From an uncultured Candidatus Rokubacteria bacterium (GTDB lineage: Bacteria > Methylomirabilota > Methylomirabilia > Rokubacteriales > CSP1-6): 64,000 nucleotides of DNA. The stretch's first letter is position 1. The number at the start of each line of letters is the position of its first letter. Made by a program: the position numbers and the translations under genes. The notes beneath the pieces are model-generated. The model was not told where the DNA came from. It worked only from the letters and a program-made list of their open reading frames with translations, and did no database searches. The DNA is taken from assembly GCA_963771355.1 (NCBI GenBank), contig CAVYTA010000007.1, forward strand, positions 160,001-224,000. Direction: 5' to 3'. Positions 30,368 to 40,497 of this stretch are shown one piece after another.

Positions 30368-31582
30368 TCAGAACACAACCTTGAGCAATTGCTTCAGAAG
30401 CTCCTCCAGCGACACCATGGTGAGGAGGAGCGGCACCACCGGCAGGAGGGTGATCACCGCGAGCTGGAGCACCACGTCCCTCGTGAATGGCACCGGGCGC
30501 ATGCTCCGGACGAGCTCGAAGCTATTACCCAGGTCGGCAAGGGACTGGATGTCGGCACTCCCCACCAGCGGCTCGTCGGCCGGCGCGCCCCCGCGAAGCC
30601 ACTTGTCGTCGAACTCCCGCACGTAGCGCTGGGCCAGGGTGCCGTACTCGCGCAGGCCGACGCGCCTCGCCAGTGCGAGATGCGGCATGAAGAGCAGGAG
30701 CGGCCCCAGCAGGATGAGCAGGAGGAACGCGACGACCACGACCAGCTCGGCCTTGAAGTCCGGCAGCTTCGCGGCCTGAAAGAAGATCTGACTGGCGATC
30801 AGCCCGGCCAGCATAACCCCATGGGCCAGGAGCACGGGCGCAAACGCGACCACGGTACCGGACAGGAAGCCGAGACCACCGGCGCGATCCGGATGCGTGG
30901 GCACCAGGCTGAGATCGCACCGCGTGACCTGCCAGAGGAACCGTACCCACACGAACAGCCGGAAGTACCAGCGGAGGAGGATGAACTGAAACAGCGGGAG
31001 GCTCACGTAGACGAACCACCAGCCGGCCGCGGAAAGCTGCCGGCCGCTCCCCGTCGGCATCGCGTACCACGTCGGCACACTCAGGGCGTACCGAGGCCAG
31101 ATGTAGAGGACGCCGACGAGATACACGAAGGCGATCAGCAGCACTTCCGCGGCGACCGAGTTTCGGAGGCGCACCGCCGAGGCCATGGCGGCGTCGAACC
31201 TCGCCCGAGACCTCTCGGGAATCAGGCCGCGCTCCAGGAACTGCCGCGCCACCGGGCGCATCCGCTGATGCACCACCAGCTCCGCCACGATGAGCAGGGG
31301 CAGCGCAAGCAGGAGCCGGACGTGCACCTCGATGTCCACCAGGAACGGCACCGTGACCGCGTCGCCCCATGCGCGCCCGCCCAGGATCGAGAGGATGAAC
31401 AGGGGGAGCCAGGCGAAGAGCGAGATCACGACGACCCGGCGGACCAGCAGCTCCAGCGCGTTCCCGGACAGATGGGCGCGCGCGATAAGCTGGAACAGCG
31501 GGCCGCCCAGGACCAGCGAGAAGTCATACGGGTCCGCTGGCGGCTTCACGTTCACCGAGGGCGTACGACTCACCTCTGCCAT
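30368..31582 (-). CDS. Conserved hypothetical multi-pass membrane protein
   Basis: FSL..GGPL, HPDRAGGLGFL, SADIQSLADL; multiple TM segments. Confidence 0.75.
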   Translation of the reverse strand: MAEVSRTPSVNVKPPADPYDFSLVLGGPLFQLIARAHLSGNALELLVRRVVVISLFAWLPLFILSILGGRAWGDAVTVPFLVDIEVHVRLLLALPLLIVAELVVHQRMRPVARQFLERGLIPERSRARFDAAMASAVRLRNSVAAEVLLIAFVYLVGVLYIWPRYALSVPTWYAMPTGSGRQLSAAGWWFVYVSLPLFQFILLRWYFRLFVWVRFLWQVTRCDLSLVPTHPDRAGGLGFLSGTVVAFAPVLLAHGVMLAGLIASQIFFQAAKLPDFKAELVVVVAFLLLILLGPLLLFMPHLALARRVGLREYGTLAQRYVREFDDKWLRGGAPADEPLVGSADIQSLADLGNSFELVRSMRPVPFTRDVVLQLAVITLLPVVPLLLTMVSLEELLKQLLKVVF

Positions 31583-31825
31583 GTAACTGAACCCGTCCTC
31601 ACGACAGAGGCTTTCATGTGTGTGTCCTCCTGGCCTTCAATTCCCCGGAATCGGCACCATGGGCGGCTGTGTCATCGGCTCCTGGCACGAGGGTGACGGC
31701 CGAATATGGACATGCCACGGCGAGGGGGCGAACGACCCGCCGCGCCGCCGGAAGGTATCGCGCGGATGCGGCCCTGTCAAGCGACCTCTGACGGCATCGC
31801 CGGCCACTTGACCGGGACGTTTCGC

Positions 31826-32500
31826 TCAGCCGTCCCGCCGGGACTGCAGTTCCATTGACACGAGGCGAGCCAGCATGATCGCGAGATAAAGCTGTCCGGT
31901 CAGCGCCTCCAGCACCGCGAGCGCGCGCGCGAGGGGATGCACGGGCATGATGTCCCCGTAGCCCATCGTCGTCAGCGTCACGAAGCTGTAGTACATCCAC
32001 GGCAGCGAGCCCCTGGCCTCGACTGCTCCCGTGAACGCTCCCGGATGCCAGAGCACTACCAGCTCGTACGCATGCGCCCAGGTGAAGCCGAGCAGCAGGT
32101 AGACCGCGATCGCCCCCTCGATGCGGCGGGTCGTGATGGGCCCGCTGCGGAGGACCAGCGCCAGGACCACGTAGCAGAGGGCGACGAGGGTCCCGAGCGT
32201 GAAGATCTCGCGCCAGACCGCGAGATCGGCCGTGGGGAAGAGCCAGCTCCCCCAGCGCACCAACAATGCGGCGACCGTGATCACGGACACGACCAGCACG
32301 GCCCGGGGCCTGTCGGTCACCGCCGCCGCGCCCGACACCAGCATCAGGGAGACGAGGGCATCGCCGAGCAGCCTGCCCGGTAGCCCGACCGGCCCGAGCG
32401 CGGGCACGACGATCATGGCGACCAGCGCCGCGAGGAAGATCGACAGGCCTCGATCGTCCCTCCAGAAACGGGATGGCGCCGGCCGCATCTCTCGCGTCAT
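31826..32500 (-). CDS. Potassium channel family protein (Ion_trans_2)
   Basis: YYSFVTLTTMGYGD selectivity filter. Confidence 0.9.
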   Translation of the reverse strand: MTREMRPAPSRFWRDDRGLSIFLAALVAMIVVPALGPVGLPGRLLGDALVSLMLVSGAAAVTDRPRAVLVVSVITVAALLVRWGSWLFPTADLAVWREIFTLGTLVALCYVVLALVLRSGPITTRRIEGAIAVYLLLGFTWAHAYELVVLWHPGAFTGAVEARGSLPWMYYSFVTLTTMGYGDIMPVHPLARALAVLEALTGQLYLAIMLARLVSMELQSRRDG

Positions 32501-32701
32501 CGTCGCCGCTCCTCACGGGGGCGGAGGCCGTGCGGCGCGGGGCGCGGCCCCGCCTTCGCATGGAGCGCAACTACCGGTTGGCCCCTTCTTTGTCCCACCA
32601 CTTGGAGAGGCTCGCCGCCTTGGGCTCGATCGGGTGTCCGGCGTAGTGCGACACGTCGTTGAACCCGGGTCGTCGCCATGTGATCTCCCGGGGCGGATCC
32701 T

Positions 32702-33796
32702 TCACTGCACCTTGGGCGGCAACAGGTAGAGCGTCATGGCGAAGATCGCATACACGAACAGCACCAGGACCCCGACGAACCACGCCGCGCGCCCGGTGTT
32801 GGTGACGAGCGCGGCGGTCATGGTGGCGATCAACACCATGACCACCGCACCCGGCCAGAATTGCAGATCCATCGGCTGCGGCCCGATGACGTAGCTCACC
32901 AGCACCAGCACCGGTGCGACGAAGAGCGCGATCTGCGCTGCGCTGCCGAGCGCAATGCCCACGCTCAAGTCCAGCCGGTTCTTGCGCGCGCCCGAAAACG
33001 CCGACGCCATCTCGGCGGCGCCGCCGACCAGCGCCACGACGATGAACCCGACGAAAGCCTGCGACATCCCCAGATCCATCGCCGCCTTCTGCACCGACTC
33101 GACAAAAATTTCGCTCACCAGCGCCACCAGCACCGTGACTCCGGCCAGCGCGGTAAGGGCCACGCCCATGGGCCACGGAGTTTCCCCGGATTCTCCAGAA
33201 TCCGCGCTGGCAAACAGCTCGCGGTGCGTCTTGAGCGAGAACAGCAAGCCCAGTCCGTACCCCACCATCAGCACGACTGACAACCCCACGCTCAATTGCT
33301 GGGTGAAGGTGCCCGCCGGCGCCGAGTCGGCCTGGCTCAAGGCCGACGGAATCAGCAGCGCGATGGTCGCCAGAAACAGCAGGCCCGCCTGAAACCGCGC
33401 GTTGACCCGGTTATATTCCTGCGTGTGATACTTGAGCCCGCCGAGCAGGAACGAGGCGCCCAGCATGAACAGCGTGTTGGTCACGATGGCGCCGGCGATG
33501 GACGCTTTCACCAGCATGTATTGCCCGGCGCGCAAGGCGGTGAGCGCGATGACCAGCTCCGTCAGGTTCCCCAGCGTGGCATTGAGCAGGCCGCCCACCG
33601 CATCGCCCGTCTTGGCCGCCACGGATTCGGTGGCGTGGCTCAACAGCGCCGCCAGCGGCACGATGGCGAATACTGAAAGCGCGAACAATAACGTGTGCGA
33701 TTCAGGCCTGAGCGTGTGACACACGAAAACCGCGGGAACGAACACCAGCAACCACAGCAGTGGGTTGTGACGGATTTCCTTGAGCAAGAGGTTCAT
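32702..33796 (-). CDS. cax: Calcium/proton antiporter (CaCA)
   Basis: GGLLNATLGNLTE, GGAAE, ALGSAAQIAL alpha repeats. Confidence 0.92.
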   Translation of the reverse strand: MNLLLKEIRHNPLLWLLVFVPAVFVCHTLRPESHTLLFALSVFAIVPLAALLSHATESVAAKTGDAVGGLLNATLGNLTELVIALTALRAGQYMLVKASIAGAIVTNTLFMLGASFLLGGLKYHTQEYNRVNARFQAGLLFLATIALLIPSALSQADSAPAGTFTQQLSVGLSVVLMVGYGLGLLFSLKTHRELFASADSGESGETPWPMGVALTALAGVTVLVALVSEIFVESVQKAAMDLGMSQAFVGFIVVALVGGAAEMASAFSGARKNRLDLSVGIALGSAAQIALFVAPVLVLVSYVIGPQPMDLQFWPGAVVMVLIATMTAALVTNTGRAAWFVGVLVLFVYAIFAMTLYLLPPKVQ

Positions 33797-33897
33797 GTGG
33801 GCCGCATGGCTACAGCAGCCCGGCGCGGAGGGCGGCGCAGCGGTCGGCGCGCCATGTTGCCGCCCATCCGTCCCAGACCCACCATCCCGATCTGCAT
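33793..33897 (-). pseudogene. gnd: N-terminal remnant of a second gnd
   Basis: GAGGAG RBS then MQIGMVGLGRMGGNMARR (cf. gnd [18 protein letters not shown]); homology lost after 18 codons; stop overlaps cax ATG. Confidence 0.8.
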
Positions 33898-33924
33898 GGT
33901 CACTCCTCGTAGTGCGCGCGGCGT

Positions 33925-35695
33925 CTAGCCGAGCGCGGTGATGAGGGTCCGCTCGAGGGCCGCGAGCCCGGCGGTGACGTCGGAGCCGAGGTGCACGCGC
34001 AGCGCGCGCCGGCCGCGCTCCGCCAGCACCTCGAAGTCGCCCCGCGCCTGCGCCGCCTTGACCACGCCGAAGGTGTAGGTCTGCCCGGGCACGGGCAGGT
34101 CGGCGGCGTCGTCAGCGGTGATCTGCAGGAAGACGCCGGAGTTCGGCCCGCCCTTGTAGGCCTGCCCGGTGGAGTGCAGGAAGCGCGGGCCGAAGCCCAC
34201 GCAGGTGGCGACCCGGGCGCGGTCGCGCACCGCGGCGCGCATGCGCTGCAGCGAGGACTCGTGTGCCGCGCTCATCTCGACGTAGGCCAGGAAGGCGGCA
34301 TAGTCGCCTGCTCCCAGCCGCCCGAAGTGGGCGCGCAGCGCCGCGGTGAGGTCCCGCGCGCCGCCCATGGCGCCGGTGAGGGCCGCCGCATTGCGGGCGT
34401 CGGTGTACAGCCGGACTCCGCCAGCCTCCAGGAAGGGCGCCTCGACGGGTAGCGCGCCCGTCCGCTCGACTTCGTCGGTGAGCCGCCGGGTGGCGATCTT
34501 GCTCGCCTCGACGTCGGGCTGGTCGAACGGGTGGATGCCGATGACCGCGCCCGCCACCGCGGTGGCGACCTCCCAGCGGAAGAGCTCCTGCGCCAGGTCG
34601 TAGGTCTCGGGCACGGCTGATCCGGACCACCGGCTGGCCGGCCCGTTCCAGAGCGGCCACCGCCTGCTCCTGGGCCGGGTCGGGCGCGGACTCCAGCTTG
34701 ACGTAGACGAAGAGCCGGTCCGCGCCGTAGACCTCCGGCGGCCCCAGCGGCTCGCGGTCCACGGGGATCAGCCCGTGGCCCTCCTTGCCGGTGGATTCCG
34801 CCAGGAGCTGCTCCAGCCACGCCCCGAGGTCGTGGATGGCGGGCGAGGTCACCAGCGTGACCTTGTCGCGTCCGCGCTTGGCGAGCACGCCCATCACCAC
34901 GCCGAGGCCCAGGCCCGGGTTGCGCTCCGCGGGCATCGCCGCCGAGCAGGCGGTGGCCATGTCCGCGGCGCGGCCCAGGAGGCGTGCCACGTCGAGGCCC
35001 ATCGCCGCCGCCGGCACCACGCCGAAGTCGGAGAGCGCCGAGTAGCGCCCGCCGATGCTGGGATCGCCATGGAAGATCCGGCGGAAGGCGTCCGCCTTGG
35101 CCACCTGCTCCATCTTGGAGCCGGGGTCGGTGATGGCGATGAACCGGCGCCCCACCTCGGCCGGGCCCACCGCGGCGCGCATCCGGTCGAAGAAGTACTG
35201 CTTGAAGATGTTGGGCTCCAGCGTCGAGCCGGACTTGCTCGACACGATGACGAGCGTACGGGCCAGGTCGAGGGAGCGCTCGAGGTTCCGGATCTGGGCG
35301 GGATCGGTGGAGTCGAGGATGCGCAGCGCCGGGAAGCCCGACTGCCGGCCGAAGGTCAGCGCCAGCACCTCGGGGCACAGGCTCGAGCCACCCATGCCGA
35401 GGAGCAATAGATGCTCGAAGCCGCCCGCCTTCACGTCGGTCGCCAGCTGCCGCAGGCGATCGACTCCCGCGAGCTGCCGGTCGACGATGTCGAGCCAGCC
35501 CAGCCAGCGCGCCTCGTCCCCGCCCGTCCAGAGGCTGGCGTCGCGCTGCCAGAGCCGGTGGATCTTGCTGCCCGCGGGGCCCGGCGCCCCCCAGGCCGCG
35601 ATCTCCTCGCTCACCGCGGAGTCGAGCTCCGCGGGCAGGCGCCAGCTCTGCGCGTTCACGGCTCCGGAGAACTCGGCGCCGATGTCGACGCGCAT
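33925..35695 (-). CDS. pgi: Glucose-6-phosphate isomerase (PGI half of Tal-Pgi type), one +1 frameshift near 34615
   Basis: WLGWL, LGMGGSSL, SSKSGSTLE, GGRYSALS, EQLLAESTGK; continues in another frame as PETYDL...PFDQPDVE..K, HSTGQ. Confidence 0.88.
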
Positions 35696-35698
35696 GGC

Positions 35699-37768
35699 TC
35701 AGGCCGTCCCGGCGAGGGTCTGCCGGGCCGCACTCACCACGGCGTCCACGGTGAAGCCGAACTTGCCCTGCAGCTCCTTGAGGGGCGCGGAGGCGCCGAA
35801 GGTGTCCATGCCGATGGCGCGGGGCGCGTAGCGCGCCCAGCCGAAGGTCGAGGCCTGCTCCACGGCCACGCGGGCGGTCACCTTCGGGGGCAGCACCGCG
35901 TCGCGGTACGCCTGGTCCTGGTGCTCGAACAGCTCCCAGGACGGCATGCTGACCACCCGCGAGCGGACGCCGTCTGCGGTCAGCCGCTCGTGCGCCGCCA
36001 CGCAGAGCCCCACCTCGCTGCCGGAGCCGAGCAGCAGCACTTCGGGCGAGCCGCCCGCCGCCTCGGCCAGCACGTAGGCGCCACGCCGCAGCCCCGCGGG
36101 ATCGCCGTAGCGCGTCCGGTCCAGGGTGGGCATGGCCTGGCGCGACAGGATCAGGCACACCGGCTCGTGCCGGAGGCCGGCGATGAGGCGCCAGGCTTCC
36201 ACGACCTCGTTGGCGTCGCCGGGGCGGAGCGTGATGAGGCCGGGGATGGCCCGCAGCGACGCGAGCTGCTCGACGGGCTGGTGCGTCGGGCCGTCCTCGC
36301 CCACGCCGATGGAGTCATGGGTGAAGACGTAGATCACGGGCAGCTCCATGAGCGCGCTCAGCCGGATCTGCGGCCGCATGTAGTCGCTGAAGATGAGGAA
36401 GCCCGAGCCGTAGGGCCGCACCTTGGACAGCGACAGCCCGTTGAGGATTGCGCCCATGGCGTGCTCGCGCACGCCGAAATGGAGGTTGCGCCCGGCCTGC
36501 GCCGCCGTGAAGTCGCCCGCTCCCTCGAAGGTCAGGCGCGTCTTGGTCGACGGCGCGAGGTCGGCGGAGCCGCCGATCAGCCAGGGCACCTGCTGGGCCA
36601 GCGCGTTGAGCACCTTGCTGGAGGCGTCGCGGCCGGCCACGCCCTTGGGATCGGCGGGGAAGGGCGCCAGGTCCCGGTCCCAGCCCGTGGGCAGCTCCCG
36701 GTGCTGCATGCGGTAGAGGTGGTCGGCCAGCACGGGATGGGCCTCGCGGTACTTCTCGAACAGCGCCATCCAGCTCTGCCGCGCCTCGCCGCCGCGGCGA
36801 CCGAGGTGGGCCGCGAAGTGCGCGGGCACGTCGTCGGGGACGAGGAACCTCGCCTCCTCGGGCCAGCCGTAGATGCGCTTGGTGAGCCGGATCTCCTCCT
36901 CGCCCAGCGGCTCGCCGTGGGCGCCGTGGGTGTCCTGCTTGTTGGGCGAGCCCCAGGCGATGTGGCTGTCGACGATGATCAGGGTCGGCCGCTCGCGCTC
37001 CGTCCTGAACGTGCCGAAGGCGCGCCCGAGCATGTCCAGGTCGTTGGCGTCGCCCACCCGCGTGACGTTCCACCCGTAGCCGATGAAACGCGTGGCCACG
37101 TCCTCGGTGAAGGCCCACTCGGTGTGGCCCTCGATGGTGATCCGGTTGTTGTCGTAGACCCAGCACAGGTTCGCCAGGCGCAGGTGGCCGGCCAGCGAGG
37201 CGGCCTCGGAGGACACGCCTTCCATCATGTCGCCGTCGCCACACAGCGCGTAGACGTCGTGGTCGATCATGGGGAAGCCGGGCCGGTTGAAGTGGGTCCC
37301 CATCCAGCGCGCGGCCATCGCCATGCCGACGCTGGTGGCCACGCCGGAGCCCAGCGGCCCGGTGGTGGTCTCGACGCCGGAGGTCCAGCGGTATTCGGGA
37401 TGGCCCGGGCACTTGCTGTCGAGCTGGCGGAACCGCCGGATGTCGTCCAGGGGCACGCTCGGCGAGCCCAGCCGCTCGTACTGCGGGTTCACCGCCTTGA
37501 CGCCGGTGAGGTGGAGCATCGAGTAGAGCAGCATCGAGGCGTGGCCGATCGACAGCACGAAGCGGTCGCGGTTGGGCCAGATCGGGTCCTCGGGGTCGAA
37601 CCTCAAGAACCGCTGCCAGAGGGTGTAGATCACGGGCGCCATGGCCATGGCCGTGCCCGGGTGGCCGGAGTTGGCCTGCTGCACGGCGTCCATGGACAGG
37701 GTGCGGATGGTGTTGATGCAGAGCTGGTCCAGCGCCGTCGCCGACTCCGCCGCCTTCGCTACCGCCAT
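35699..37768 (-). CDS. tkt: Transketolase
   Basis: NSGHPG, RDRFVLSIGH, GHPE, TTGPLG, GDGDMMEG...DNN, GVREH, GEDGPTHQP. Confidence 0.97.
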   Translation of the reverse strand: MAVAKAAESATALDQLCINTIRTLSMDAVQQANSGHPGTAMAMAPVIYTLWQRFLRFDPEDPIWPNRDRFVLSIGHASMLLYSMLHLTGVKAVNPQYERLGSPSVPLDDIRRFRQLDSKCPGHPEYRWTSGVETTTGPLGSGVATSVGMAMAARWMGTHFNRPGFPMIDHDVYALCGDGDMMEGVSSEAASLAGHLRLANLCWVYDNNRITIEGHTEWAFTEDVATRFIGYGWNVTRVGDANDLDMLGRAFGTFRTERERPTLIIVDSHIAWGSPNKQDTHGAHGEPLGEEEIRLTKRIYGWPEEARFLVPDDVPAHFAAHLGRRGGEARQSWMALFEKYREAHPVLADHLYRMQHRELPTGWDRDLAPFPADPKGVAGRDASSKVLNALAQQVPWLIGGSADLAPSTKTRLTFEGAGDFTAAQAGRNLHFGVREHAMGAILNGLSLSKVRPYGSGFLIFSDYMRPQIRLSALMELPVIYVFTHDSIGVGEDGPTHQPVEQLASLRAIPGLITLRPGDANEVVEAWRLIAGLRHEPVCLILSRQAMPTLDRTRYGDPAGLRRGAYVLAEAAGGSPEVLLLGSGSEVGLCVAAHERLTADGVRSRVVSMPSWELFEHQDQAYRDAVLPPKVTARVAVEQASTFGWARYAPRAIGMDTFGASAPLKELQGKFGFTVDAVVSAARQTLAGTA

Positions 37769-37817
37769 TGCGTGCTCCTTGCCTTGACACCTCGGGCTGC
37801 GCCCGGGAGCCTCCGCT

Positions 37818-39089
37818 TCAGCCTTGCCGCGCAGGAAGCTCGCGGAGTTCGTGGATGAGCCCGTTGTCGAGCAGGTGCCGGAGGAGGTGGCGGTACTCGG
37901 GCGGCACCGCGACGGTGCTCGCGCGGAGGATCTCGCCCGTCCGAGGATCTCGATCCGGATACAGCGCGAGCGTGACCCCCCGCGTGAACAGGCGGCCCAG
38001 CGCTTCGAAGACCCCGCCCTGGAGGTTCTCGAAGGGCTTCTCGTCGAACAGCGCGGCGAACGACTGGGTGCCGGCCACGAACACGACGCGGGGTGTCGCG
38101 TACCGCCGCAGGAAGCGGGCGACGCGGAACAGCTCGCCCATGTCGGTGACGAGCGTGGGCAGGCCCACCGCCGCGAGCGCATCGAGACGCCCGAGCAGGT
38201 CGGCGTGCACGTCGGCCTGCGCCGCCACGTCCGCGATCGGGATCTCTGCGAGTGACACTGCGGCCTCGCGATCCTTCGCCTCCTGGAGCTGTTCGGTCGC
38301 AGCGGCCAGCATGTCCAGATCGACCGGCAGCACGGGCTTGAAGGACTCCCGGAGCACGAAGACCGGCCTCTTGTACAGTCCCCCGCTCGGCTCGACGGGT
38401 TGCCCGTCGGACGCGAACATCACCGCCCGTCCGAGCTTTTCGAGCACGAGGTCGAGGTTGAGGCGGCGGACATCCGAGCGCTCGAAGAGTGGACCCGACA
38501 CATCTACGAAGTCCACCTCGACCCGATCCCGCGAGAGCTGGTCCCCCAGGCTGGCCACGAGGGCGTCGGGATCATCGCGCCGCGACCAGGCGGCGTAGAT
38601 CAGATTGACGCCGAGCAGCCCCAGGGCTTCCTGCTGGCCGGACGTTTCGGGGTCGAGCAGGCGGGCGTGCAGGATGATCTGGCTCGCCTCGCGGCCGGGC
38701 TGGTGCTGGAACCTGATGCCAAGCCATCCCACCCCGTCCTCGCGCCGGCTATAGCTCCGCGTCGCCGCGGTGTCCGCGAAGACGAAGAACGAGGTCGCGG
38801 CGCCCCGCGTCGGCGCGAGCGCCTCCAGCAACGACGTATACTCGCGGTCGAGCATCTGCTCGACCCGCTCGCGGCTCACGTAGCGGTGGCTCTTGCCGTA
38901 GATGCCGTCGCTCACCGTCATGTCGTACGCGCTGATCGTCTTGGCGACGGTCCCGGCGGCGCCGCCCACGGCGAAGAACCACCGGCCGACCTCCTGGCCG
39001 GCGCCGATCTCCGCGATCGTCCCGTACCAGGTGCGGTCGATATTGAGCTGGAGCGCCTTCTGGGCGGCGGACAGGGGCTCGGTTGGCAT
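37818..39089 (-). CDS. Conserved protein of uncertain function (putative nucleotidyltransferase-like family)
   Basis: YGTIAEIGAGQEV..WFF.VGGAAGTVAKTISAYDM..SD.IYG signature; no signal peptide or barrel. Confidence 0.65.
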   Translation of the reverse strand: MPTEPLSAAQKALQLNIDRTWYGTIAEIGAGQEVGRWFFAVGGAAGTVAKTISAYDMTVSDGIYGKSHRYVSRERVEQMLDREYTSLLEALAPTRGAATSFFVFADTAATRSYSRREDGVGWLGIRFQHQPGREASQIILHARLLDPETSGQQEALGLLGVNLIYAAWSRRDDPDALVASLGDQLSRDRVEVDFVDVSGPLFERSDVRRLNLDLVLEKLGRAVMFASDGQPVEPSGGLYKRPVFVLRESFKPVLPVDLDMLAAATEQLQEAKDREAAVSLAEIPIADVAAQADVHADLLGRLDALAAVGLPTLVTDMGELFRVARFLRRYATPRVVFVAGTQSFAALFDEKPFENLQGGVFEALGRLFTRGVTLALYPDRDPRTGEILRASTVAVPPEYRHLLRHLLDNGLIHELRELPARQG

Positions 39090-39111
39090 GGGTCAGTCGA
39101 CCCGGGTCGGG

Positions 39112-40497
39112 CTACTCTTGCCAGCCGCCGCCGAGAGCCCTGTAGAGCCGCACCACCGCCAGCACCTCGTCGCGCTGGGCCCGCACCAGGCCGAGCGCCG
39201 CGTCGAAGACCTGGCGCTCGCTGTCCAGGACCTCCAGATAGCTGCTGACGCCGCCCTTGTAGCGGACGTCGGCAAGGCGGCTGGTGTCTTCGGCCGACCG
39301 GGTCAGCAGCTCCTGCTGCACCCGGAACTCGCGGCGCTTGCGCTGCTCGACCAGGGCGTCGGCAACGTCGCGGAAGGCCTGCAGGATGGTCTGCTGGTAC
39401 TGGAGCAGCGCCGCCTCGGCCTGGGCTTCGGCCGAGTTCACTCCCGCGCCGATGCGGCCCATGTTGAAGAGCGGCAGGCGCACCGAGGGTCCGATGCTGA
39501 ACAGGCCTTGCGGGCCGATCCACGAGCCGTCGATGAGCAGGCCCCCGCCGGCCACGGCACCGCTCAGGAACACCCGGGGGAAGTAGTCGGCCTTGGCCAC
39601 GCCGATGCGGGCCGTGGCCGCGGCCAGCTGGGCCTCCGCCTGGCGGACGTCCGGACGGCGCTCCAGCAGCGACGACGGCACGCCCGCCGGTACGGCGGGC
39701 AGGCCGATCTGCTGGAGCAGCGGCCGGCCGCGCGGCACCGCGTCGGGGTTTCGACCGAGGAGCACGCTGATGACGTTCTCGGTCTGCTCGATCTGGCGCT
39801 CCGTGTCCGGCAGGATCCCCGCCGCCGTGGCGACGAGAATCTCGGCCTGGCGCACGTCGATGAGGGCGGCCACCCCACCTTCCTCTCTGAGCGTCACGAG
39901 CCGCAGCGAGTCCTGGCGCGTGGCCAGCGTGCGCTGCGACACCTGCAGCTCCGCGTCGAGGGACCGGAGCTGGAAGTAGGCCGTGGCCAGGTCGCTGACG
40001 AGGGTGCTCATCACGAACCGCCGCGCGTCCTCGGAGGCGAGGAGGTCGGCGCGCGCGGCCTCGGTCGCCCGTCGGAAGCGGCCCCAGAAGTCGATCTCGA
40101 AGCCAAAGTCGAACCCGGCCGAGGGAGAGAACTGATCCTTCGACTGGAGCACCGAGCGCTCGCCCTGGATGTGTTGATAGGGGGCGCTGCCCCCCGCGTT
40201 GATCTCGGGGAACTGGAACGATCGGGTGATGGTGACCTGCGCCCGCGCATCCAGGATGCGCGCGGCGGCGACGCGCAGATCGTAGTTTTCAGCGAGCGCA
40301 GAGCGGATGAGCTGCTGCAGCGTCTCGTCCTGGAAGACCCGCCACCACTCCATGTCGGCCACGGACTGGGCCGATTCCTCGGGGCTCTGGCCGCGAAAGG
40401 CCGGGGGCACGGGATACGCGGGCCGCTTGTAGTCGGGCCCCAGCGTGCAGCCGGCGAGCAGGAAGACCGCCAGCGGCAGTAGCGCCGAACGTCTCAC
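39112..40497 (-). CDS. RND efflux outer-membrane factor lipoprotein (NodT/OprM family)
   Basis: LAGCTLGPDYKRP, EIDFWGR, RRPDVRQAE, LYRALGGGW. Confidence 0.95.
   Translation of the reverse strand: MRRSALLPLAVFLLAGCTLGPDYKRPAYPVPPAFRGQSPEESAQSVADMEWWRVFQDETLQQLIRSALAENYDLRVAAARILDARAQVTITRSFQFPEINAGGSAPYQHIQGERSVLQSKDQFSPSAGFDFGFEIDFWGRFRRATEAARADLLASEDARRFVMSTLVSDLATAYFQLRSLDAELQVSQRTLATRQDSLRLVTLREEGGVAALIDVRQAEILVATAAGILPDTERQIEQTENVISVLLGRNPDAVPRGRPLLQQIGLPAVPAGVPSSLLERRPDVRQAEAQLAAATARIGVAKADYFPRVFLSGAVAGGGLLIDGSWIGPQGLFSIGPSVRLPLFNMGRIGAGVNSAEAQAEAALLQYQQTILQAFRDVADALVEQRKRREFRVQQELLTRSAEDTSRLADVRYKGGVSSYLEVLDSERQVFDAALGLVRAQRDEVLAVVRLYRALGGGWQE

Noticed and set aside
32571..32705. 44-codon ORF overlapping the cax stop (GTGA)
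   Set aside because: No RBS or recognisable similarity; insufficient support
37818..39089. TonB-dependent receptor label for this family
   Set aside because: Too short, no signal peptide and no beta-barrel pattern
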